Shown: positions 32,501-41,224 of the stretch, one piece after another
Position numbering within the stretch: position 1 is the stretch's first letter
Layout of the letters: each line of letters starts with the position of its first letter
Source of the DNA: Macrostomum lignano
Taxonomy: Eukaryota
Assembly (NCBI GenBank): GCA_002269645.1
Contig: NIVC01004524.1
Coordinates: 1 to 43,345, forward strand
Direction: 5' to 3'
DNA length: 43,345 nucleotides
Made by a program: the position numbers and the translations under genes
The notes under the pieces: generated by a model
Database searches by the model: none
What the model was told of the DNA's origin: nothing
Seen by the model: the letters and a program-made list of their open reading frames with translations, nothing else

Positions 32501-35500
32501 TGCAGTAGTGAGTCAACGACAACAGTATCTGCCATCTCCGCGCGGAGTGGAATGGGGCTAGGAACAACTGTCAAACAAAGGTCGACGCGTGCGTCCGGAG
32601 TGTGTCCGGCCCCCGCCACTCCGGGCTTGCAGCGGGGTGGAACAGGTCGCGGACGACCCAAAAGGCGCCGCGAAAATTGGGATAAAAGAAGCGTTTGCAT
32701 TATGCATGCCAAGGAGATCCTCGGGTGGTTGAGTCTGTTTTAGAGCAAAAAAACTCTCTAGCTGGGTCCGTCTTTATCCGCCGCAGGAGCTGGCAGGGGC
32801 GGCCCCAGGAGGAGGCGAAGGCGTGGCCTGAGCGGGATATTTTTATACGGGCGGATCCGGGAAGAGAAGGAGCTGCTGATGACGAGAAGCGGGAAGCTGA
32901 CAGTGAATTGAGGAACTGGGTTGCAGGGGGCGGTGGGGGCTGAAGCCTCTCAGTAGGCAGAGAAACCTGACACACACCTCCGCCTCATCATCCATTCTAG
33001 AGGCTGAACTGTCCAACTCCGTGGGTGACTGGGTCCTGAGTAGCAACTGATGTCCAAAATTCCCATGGATAAGCTGAAAACGAGGGATTTTTTCTGAGAA
33101 AAAAGCACCAAAGATTTGCCGGTGTTTCTTGTTCAGCTGCCACATTTCGCTAGTGGTGGCGGCGAGGTCTGCCATTTGCTTTACTTTGAAGCAGTCTTCT
33201 ATGAGTAAAAACTTGACTAATTAATCTTTACCTGCCGACGACAGGCCTTCGACTTGAAGCTTGAAGCTAAAGAAAAAAATGGTTGAAAATTGAAAAATTT
33301 ACAGACTATAGAAACAAATTGTTAGAATTGTGGCTTCCGCAACGGAAACAGAGTATTGCGGCTAGCCGACAGAGGGGCGCAGAAGGGCATCAAGGAAGTT
33401 AAAGAAAAGCGAAAGAAAGCAGAAAAATTCGATTTTTTTCGGTTTCTACAGCGCCGGATGCCTGGGCTGGAAAAGTTAGCTGAAGTGAATTCTGTCGAGA
33501 ATGAAGCAACACAAACGGCAAGTAATCGTCTACCTGGCCCTTGCGCGTCTCTGCTATGCAGATTCAGCCTCTCGTGTTGCATTCCACCCCCCCCCTTGTG
33601 CAGCATGGCCAGTCAGATTGGGGTTGACATATTCGTCTGAAGTCAATGCGCAGTGTCTGTCATCCGCGGTGCATGAGGCGAACTGCACTGCAATGCTAAC
33701 TGAGGCACACTTGACTGCAGTTGATGCAAGCCATTTGTGGCAAGCCGGGTCTGATTTTAATCACTATATGGGATGTGAAGTGCTGCTGTTGCCGGGGACA
33801 GACATTCAACCCTTAAGTATAGGCAGAACAATGCCCTTGAGGCCTGTTCACACAGCCATTAAACCACGCGGCTGATGTACGAGTTGAAGACAACGGAACA
33901 TCATGGCTGCTTTACAGAGTGTACGTGCCCGACGATTAGATTGCAGCGCTGGTTTCGGAACGATGTCGCATGAAGGCATTGCGCCCGCAGCATTCCTGCA
34001 GTTATTATTGTCATAGTTAAACTTTCGCAACTCGCTTCCAGATTCTGGCAACAGTGTCCGTCCTGTTCATCCTGGCGTCCATTGTCATTTTTATGGTGGA
34101 AACCCTGCCGAGTGTGCGAACAGTTCGACCAGAATCGAATGTGAGCAACTGCACGGGACTGACTGTGTCGGATTGTCTCAGGCAGACTACCCCTCACGCG
34201 GCTATACAGGTAATCATGTTTGTGAATAGTATGCAGTACCGTATGCTCATTGTGTTTTTGCTATTTCAGACGTGATAAAATTGCTTCGAATGGCCCTCTC
34301 TATCCGGCCCTCTCTAAAGAGCCTCTCTATCCGGCCCTCTCTAAAGAGCCTCTCTATCCGGCCCTCTCTAAAGAGCCTCTCTATCCGGCCCTCTCTAAAG
34401 AGCCTCTCTATCCGGCCCTCTCTAAAGAGCCTCTCTATCCGGCCCTCTCTAAAGAGCCTCTCTATCCGGCCCTCTCTAAAAAGCCTCTCTATCCGGCCCT
34501 CTCTAAAGAGCCTCTCTATCCGGCCCTCTCTATCCGGCCCTCTCTATCCGGCCCTCTCTAAAGAGCCTCTCTATCCGGCCTTCTCTAAAAAGCCTCTCTA
34601 TCCGGCCCTCTCTAAAGAGCCTCTCTATCCGGCCCTCTCTAAGGAGCCTCTCTATCCGGTCCTCTCTAAGGAGCCTCTCTATCCGGCCCTCTCTAAAGAG
34701 CCTCTCTATCCGGCCCTTTCTAAAGAGCCTCTCTAAGAGCCTATCCGGCCCTCTCTATCCGGCCATCTCTATCCGGCCCTCTCTAAAGAGCCTCTCTAAG
34801 AGTCTATCCGGCCCTCGGGGTCTTTTGAAACTTCACTATAGCGATCAGGCCCGCTCAATGTTTACGAGCTATATCTCTCTTCTCAGCGCTCTTCTGTCTA
34901 ATCTCCTCTCTACTCTCTTCCTCTCTCCTCTCCTTTTCTTTCCTCCCTTCTCCTCTCGTCTCCGCTCCTCTCTCCTCTTATCCTCATCGATCTCTATCCT
35001 CTCTTCTCTCTCCTCCTCTCTCCTCCTCTCCTCTCTCCTCTTCTCTCCACTCCTCTCTTCTCCTTTATTCTCTCGCCTCTTATCTCCCTTCTCTCTTATT
35101 TATTCCATCTCCTCTCTCCCCTCCTCCAGCCCGCAGTCATTATCTAAGTTCTCTATCTGGCCCTTGAGGTAAAAAAGTTTGCCAACCCCTTGCTTAAAGT
35201 CTTCAAGCACTTGTACTTTTGTGCAAGATGCAATGGGTACAGATGTCGTGAGCTGAGCTGTATACTCATTTCGCTGATCACTGAGCACTCACACGAATAA
35301 GTGCTCAGACTCACAACTCACACAGTGTACTGTTTTTGTATCATTGCCAGGCAGTGTAGGCGAGATCTGTGCGTTCCGCAATAATCCCCAAGACCAATTT
35401 CTTTGCAAAAGAACCAAGTGTAATGTGCTGCGATCGAGAGTCAGTCTGAGCATACTCCTGCATTAAAATGAAGCAACTATGAGATTTGTGAAGCAGACAC

Positions 35501-38500
35501 AATAAATTTGTCCAGGATTCGGGACACCGTTGCCCAGCACGCAGCAATTTTACCTGTTAATACCCTGGTATTGCGCCGAGCTTGCACTTATGCAGAGGCT
35601 ACTCCTGATCCTGTTTCCGAAGCTAAACAATGTCATGCACGATTAGTGACCAGGATGCCATAAACTTATTAGGATCCTTAACAAGGTTACCTCAATTACG
35701 TACCCAGCTAATGCTGGCACCCATTTTACAGCTGGGGGAACTGAAGCAACGCATAACCTTTAAGTGTCTTGCTCAAGGACACATATTGTTCAGATTCCAA
35801 GTGGAGTCACATTAATTTGGGGCTGAATTGGAATCTCGGCTTGGCTCTGCTCGTGCAATTAACGGCCTTGAGAGCCAACCACCCAAGGCGCAGTGAAGTG
35901 TACATGCCTAACGATAAAATAAAGTTAGGGCCTCTGTACACTCCTGTGCATTTGCCTGGCATATGCATTTAGTAAAACAGCTTTCTACTTTCAGTTCAGT
36001 AGCAAAGAAGAATACATAAGCTGGCAGCTGAAATGACTTTGATAAGTTTAGACGCCCAATCTCGCATTCGTAAACAACTTGCTAACTGGTTCAGCCATAA
36101 TGTACATTGGCCAATCCAACTGAAATGTACATGGCAGCTTTAGGCTGGAATTCCGTGAAAAGCAATAAAAATTGGGGCGGGGCGGGGGGTGGGTAGTGTG
36201 GAAAGGCGCGATTGGAGGGTTCAAGCTGGGGGTTGAGCCAATAAAATTAGCCTTAGCTTTAAAAATACGTTTAAACGCTACTTCAGTTTAACTTGCTACT
36301 GAACTGAAAGTAGATTGCATGGAAATGTGCTGAATGGCCCATCTAGCTATTCTAATACCTGTGCCTAGACCCAAAAATTTATAATTAAGGCCAATGCCTA
36401 ATACAATACCCACCAACGCCTTTACTGCAGGTATTCGACATAGTCATAACGTTCTACTTCACTCTGGAGCTGCTCGCTCGAATACTGTTCTGCCCGCAAA
36501 AGGGAGAATTTTTCAAATCGGTGCTCAACTGGATCGACATCGTTGCCGTGTTTACGGCCTACGTGTCCTATGTCGTATTTTACGCAATGCCGCCCGACTC
36601 AACGGTGGTCGCACTGCAGATACTGAAAGTGCCCAGAATATTTCGCATCTTCAAACTGACCAGACACTTCTCCGGATTGAAAATCCTTGTGCACACGATG
36701 AAGGCCTCCTCCAGAGAGCTGATGCTCTTGGCTATAGTCTTTGCCATATTTGTCATTCTGTGTGGAACTGCCGTGTTCATCTGCGAGCAGTTCGTTGAGA
36801 CGCACGCCAACGAGTTCACTACCATACCCATCGGCTTCTGGTGGGCTCTGGTCACCATGACAACGCTTGGATACGGAGACGTTGTGCCTAAATCACTGCC
36901 AGGTTCGGCTGGGGGTTGAATTTTACAGTTTCATTGTAACAGCCCACAAATGATTACAGGTGATTCTGCCACCCTAAGAGTTCAACCACTCGTGCCTCTA
37001 CCCCATGCCTCCACCCCCATGCCTCTGCCCCCACGTCTCTACCCCACGTCTCTACCCCCACGTCTCTACCCCCACGTCTCTGCCCCCACGTCTCTGCCCC
37101 CACGTCTCTGCCCCCACGCCTCTGCCCCCACGTCTCTACCCCCACGTCTCTGCCCCCACGCCTCTGCCCCCACGTCTCTACCCCCACGTCTCTGCCCCCA
37201 CGTCTCTACCCCCACGTCTCTGCCCCCACGTCTCTACCCCAATGCCTCTACCCCCACGCCTCTACCCCAATGCCTCTGCCCCCACGTCTCTACCCCCACG
37301 CCTACTCTACCCTAATGCTTCTACCCCAATGCCTCTACCCCAATGCCTCTACCCCAATGCCTCTACCCCAATGCCTCTACCCCAATGCCTCTACCCCAAT
37401 GCCTCTACCCCAATGCCTCTACCCCAATGCCTCTACCCCAATGCCTCTACCCCAATGCCTCTACCCCAATGCCTCTACCCCAATGCCTCTACCCCAATGC
37501 CTCTACCCCAATGCCTCTACCCCAATGCCTCTACTCCAACGCCTCTACCCCAATGCATATACCATTTATTCGGTCGACATTAGGTCGATTTTATCTCATG
37601 AAAGTTGAGCTTGAAGTACAGAAGCTATCTGGAAAATGTTTGCCATTGTATTGGTATCGCAGACTCACTATATATGCTTACTTATTAAAAATTGTCGTCT
37701 TAAAACAGTCAACAGCCGTCGAGCAATCCTCACCTCACGATAGGTCACTCACTAGAAATGCGATTCACTGATTCAATCTTGAAGAAGCTCACAAATTTAA
37801 TTACAGTTGAATCAGCGACTCGGTTTCCGGGTAGACGGGAGAATTACTCGAATTTCTCGGCCGAGCTGTCAGGATTTGAATTGAAAATGCTCCCGATTGC
37901 GTGTCCGTGACCCTGCCCGGTGGCAGATCCTGTGAAAGGGGGAAGGCTTGACGCCGGATTAAAAAGTTTTTGAAGTACAATTTGTACTTTCTTAATCAAA
38001 GTCCATGCGCTAGGCAGCTGTCTATAGCATTATCCGGGACAGACAGACAGGCGTGTTAAATAATCCTAACGGCACTTTGCTTCAGTTGAATCAGCGGCTG
38101 AGACAATTTTAGGCAAAGAAATCTGAAAGCAGATAAAAATAAGATTTTTCAATTTGTATTTTACTGACAGATTATTTTAAGCCGCAGAGGCTGGAACTTA
38201 ACTTTTGAATAATTTTCGGGCATTGGTGGATTGAGCATTGGGCATTTGTCGCCGAAAGGGGTCCCCATCACAAACCCGAAATAGCATAAAAACCCGAAAT
38301 AGCATAAAAACCCGAAATAGCATAAAAACCCGAAATAGCATAAAAACCCGAAATAGCATAAAAACCCGAAATAGCATAAAAACCCGAAATAGCATAAAAA
38401 CCCGAAATAGCATAAAAACCCGAAATAGCATAAAAACCCGAAATATCATAAACCCGAAATATCACAAACCCGAAATATCATAAACCCGAAATATCATAAA

Positions 38501-39306
38501 CCCGAAATATCACAAACCCGAAATATCAAACTCGAAATATCATAAAAACCCGAAATATCATAAACCCGAAATATCATAAACCCGAAATATCACAAACCCG
38601 AAATATCAAACTCGAAATATCATAAAAACCCGAAATATCATAAACCCGAAATATCATAAACCCGAAATATCACAAACCCGAAATATCATAAACCCGAAAT
38701 ATCACAAAAACCCGAAATATCACAAACCCGAAATATCACAACTCCGAAATATCACAAACCCGAAATATCACAGACTAGAAATATCATAAACCCAAAACAT
38801 TACAAACCCATGAAGTGTCACAAACAAGGACAAACAAGGTTGTTAAGTAGTCCTTGGTCACAAACCCGAAATATCATAAGCCCGAATTATCACAAATATT
38901 TCGGGTTTTTGTGATATTTCGGGTTTGTGATCCCCCTCCGCCGAAGGCTCTGCGCCACAGGGTTGTCAACCAGGAGTAAATTTCAAGCCGACCGAACACA
39001 CCGCAGGCTATCTGGTCGGAGGCGTCTGTGCCATCAGCGGCGTGTTGGTCATCGCCCTGCCGGTGCCCATCATCGTGAACAACTTCGCCCTGTACTACAC
39101 CCACGCGCAGGCGCGGCTCAAGCTGCCTAAACGAAAGAAGCGCGTTTTGGTTGGCGCACCAGACGCGCTGAAGCAGACAGTCGGCTCGCTGTCCGAAGTT
39201 GGCGACGACTTCATCCCCGGATTCGGCGGCGGCGACTACAGCGAGAGCGACGACACCGAAGACTCGTCGGCGGAGGATGCGGCAGCAAGTCAAGACGAGA
39301 AGCTCA
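26328..39306 (+). CDS. Shaw: Voltage-gated potassium channel, Kv3/Shaw family; exons 26328-26496 and 29454-29822 (tentative), 31091-31917, 34042-34209, 36431-36902, 39007-39306; 3' end unresolved
   Basis: T1 domain ([17 protein letters not shown]...FFDRH...LNYYRTG...HX5CX20CC), S1-S6, TLGYG filter, PVP gate, and Kv3-typical [26 protein letters not shown] and KLPKRKKR. All junctions are phase-consistent. Confidence 0.95.
26942..27340 (-). mobile_element. hAT-like MITE, copy 2 (both TIRs present)
   Basis: TIRs CAGGGGTTGA... and ...TCGACCCCTG, GA-rich interior. Flanking 8-mers CTCTACTC / ATTTACTT are only a partial TSD match. Confidence 0.75.
27660..28390. repeat. 13-bp minisatellite (CCCCATCTTCAAT / CTTCACT variants)
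   Basis: Direct reading. Confidence 0.96.
29454..29822 (+). CDS. Tentative Kv3 second coding exon (polyQ plus Cys-rich cluster)
   Basis: GTCGCAG acceptor and A|GTTAGT donor, 369 nt, phase 1/1, open frame joining 26496 to 31091. Confidence 0.5.
29850..30423. repeat. (TCAG)n microsatellite
   Basis: Direct reading; begins ~27 nt after the donor at 29823. Confidence 0.98.
31091..31917 (+). CDS. Shaw: Kv3 exon: basic cluster, Ala-rich linker, T1 domain, pre-S1
   Basis: Frame is open from 31081, acceptor TTCAG at 31090, donor AAG|GTGAGA. An internal ATG at 31273 is an alternative start. Confidence 0.95.
31921..32269. repeat. (GACT/CTGA)n microsatellite, reverse complement of 29850-30423
   Basis: Direct reading; begins inside the donor consensus GTGAGACTGACT. 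Confidence 0.98.
34042..34209 (+). CDS. Shaw: Kv3 exon: S1 and S1-S2 loop
   Basis: [23 protein letters not shown]...PH; TTCCAG and GTAATC sites. Confidence 0.92.
34280..35190 (+). mobile_element. hAT-like MITE, copy 3, with its left subterminal segment amplified into a 27-bp minisatellite
   Basis: Right end GGCCCTTGAGGTAAAAAAGTTTGCCAACCCCT matches copy 2. 34810-34850 matches copy 1. 34288-34815 is tandem CCTCTCTATCCGGCCCTCTCTAAAGAG. Confidence 0.72.
35640..35785 (-). mobile_element. CORE-SINE (MIR-core)-like fragment
   Basis: CCCATTTTACAGCTGGGGGAACTGAAGC...AAGTGTCTTGCTCAAGGACACA (35720-35783) closely follows the recalled MIR core CCCATTTTACAGATGAGGAAACTGAGGC...AAGTGACTTGCCCAAGGTCACA. Confidence 0.6.
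35791..35923 (+). mobile_element. Same SINE family, 5'-truncated copy 2
   Basis: Shares AATCTCGGCTTGGCTCTGCTCGTGCAATTAACG and TACATGCCTAACGATAAA with 2470-2590. Confidence 0.7.
36431..36902 (+). CDS. Shaw: Kv3 exon: S2-S5 and pore
   Basis: [52 protein letters not shown]. Confidence 0.96.
36990..37555. repeat. Two adjacent 14-bp minisatellites (CCCCACGTCTCTAC then CCCCAATGCCTCTA)
   Basis: Direct reading. Confidence 0.95.
38262..38936. mobile_element. Foldback/MITE-like element: long array of AAACCCGAAATA(G/T)CA(T/C) units closed by two inverted units
   Basis: Left end ATCACAAACCCGAAATA; right end TATTTCGGGTTTTTGTGATATTTCGGGTTTGTGAT is its reverse complement. 18-bp units then 16-bp units. 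Confidence 0.6.
39007..39306 (+). CDS. Shaw: Kv3 exon: S6 and proximal C-terminus
   Basis: [31 protein letters not shown]; A|GTGAGT donor. Confidence 0.96.
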
Positions 39307-39409
39307 GTGAGTGCCGTCATAAAATTTCAAGCATTCTGTGAGCGCCCTGGCAATGAGTCAGAGCTGCTGCGCATGTACACCCTTTTAAGGGCCTTTTAAA
39401 GGTAATTTT

Positions 39410-39700
39410 TAGAGGCCAATTTCCTGGAAAAATGCACTGCGAACGTAAACTCAAGATCGTTTAATTTTTTAAAGGCCAATTTCCTGGAAAAATGCACTGC
39501 GAACGTAAACTCAAGATCGTGTAATTTTTTAAAGGCCAATTTCCTGGAAAAATGCACTGCAGACGTAAACTCAAGATCGTGTAAGTTTTTAAAGGCCAAT
39601 TTCCTGGAAAAATGCACTGCGGACGTAAACTCAAGATCGTGTAATTTTTTGAAGGCCTCTTTCCTGGAAAAAATGCACTGCGGACGTAAACTCAAGATCT
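39410..39700. repeat. 60-bp tandem repeat x~5
   Basis: AAGGCCAATTTCCTGGAAAAATGCACTGCG.ACGTAAACTCAAGATCGTGTAATTTTTT. Confidence 0.95.
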
Positions 39701-40116
39701 CAAGTTCATACACACATGCATACGCAGTCAGTGCATAGATAGAACCTTGGGATTATGTAGTAAAAAGATAACAACATGAAAATGAAACTGTCACTACACA
39801 GCTATAAAAATATACCATAGTAACATGCTAGCTGTGTGTGCTAAGTTAAAATAATGGTAATCTTCACAATTGCGGAAATGTAACTCAAAAAAGGGGGTTG
39901 AGACTTTCCAACTGGACACGTTCACGTATTTTAGTCAATTGATGCGTACTTGAAAGACAGAAACAGCTGTGGGGCTGGGGTGAGGATGTTAGACACATTG
40001 ACGCGAAGTCGTGCAAATGAATGCCGGGTTTCGTTTCAAATTCATTAGCGAGACAAAAGTTTTCAAGTTATTTTTAGACAAAACTGACTTTTTAAAACTC
40101 GATGCTTTTCACCCAG

Positions 40117-40219
40117 ACCAACGGCTCGGCCCCCGAGACGCCTCCAGGCATCACCGTAGAGTTTATGGATGTCCAGTCCAGCAGCAAGAAGTCCCTGCGG
40201 AGTTCGCTGGCTGTTCCAG
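40117..40219 (+). CDS. Possible further Kv3 C-terminal exon (frame unresolved)
   Basis: GC-rich island between TTTTCACCCAG and AG|GTAAAT. Best-looking frame TNGSAPETPPGITVEFMDVQSSSKKSLRSSLAVPG is phase 0, which does not match the phase-1 donor at 39306. Confidence 0.45.
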
Positions 40220-40361
40220 GTAAATTGACTTAGGTATAATTAATGTCTAATTAATATTCATTATTTTTGATGAGCATTTAAAGTCTACTTCAGAGGGACG
40301 AAATTTTTATAGCAGTTCTGAAGATGCTGATTAAGACCTGATGATTATTGATTTAGAGCCT

Positions 40362-41212
40362 GAAGGTGACTGATTGAGACCTGAAGGTTATTGATTCAGA
40401 CCTGAAGGTCATTGATTCAGACCTGAGGGTTATAGATTCAGACCTGAAGGTCATTGATTCAGACCTGAGGGTTATAGATTCAGACCTGAAGGTCATTGAT
40501 TCAGACCTGAGGGTTATAGATTCAGACCTGAAGGTCATTGATTCAGACCTGAGGGTTATAGATTCAGACCTCAAGGTCATTGATTCAGACCTGAGGGTTA
40601 TAGATTCAGACCTGAAGGTTGTTCATTTAGACCTGAAGGTTATTCATTTAGACCTGAAGGTTATTCATTCAGACCTGAGGGTTATAGATTCAGACCTGAA
40701 GGTTGTTCATTTAGACCTGAAGGTTATTCATTTAGATCTGAAGGCTATTCAGACCTCAAGGTTATTCATTTAGACCTGAAGGTCATTCATTTAGACCTGA
40801 AGGTTATTCATTTAGACCTGAGGTTATAGATTCAGACCTGAAGGTCATTGATTCAGACCTGAGGGTTATAGATTCAGACCTGAAGGTCATTGATTCAGAC
40901 CTGAGGGTTATAGATTCAGACCTGAAGGTCATTGATTCAGACCTGAGGGTTATAGATTCAGACCTGAAGGTCATTGAAGACCTGACTTATGATTAGACCT
41001 GAAGTTTTCATTTAGACCTGAAGGTTGCATTTAGACCTGAAGGCTATTCATTTAGACCTGAAATTCATTTAGACCTGAAGGCTATTCATTTAGACCTGAA
41101 GGTTATTCATTTAGACCTGACTTCACAAGGTTATTCATTTAGACCTGAAGTCATTTAGACCTGAAGGTTATTCATTTAGAAGGGTTATGATTCAGACCTG
41201 AAGGTCATTGAT
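40362..41212. repeat. 21-bp minisatellite (ATTCAGACCTGAAGGTCATTG / ATTCAGACCTGAGGGTTATAG)
   Basis: Alternating dimer, degenerating towards the right. Confidence 0.95.
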
Positions 41213-41224
41213 CAGATAGATAAT

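Noticed and set aside
34250-38483. [49 protein letters not shown] repeat ORFs
   Set aside because: Intronic tandem repeats between verified Kv3 exons.
38262-38936. Interstitial telomeric repeat (AAACCC-containing)
   Set aside because: Units are 16-18 bp with AAACCCG, not a short telomere hexamer or heptamer array.
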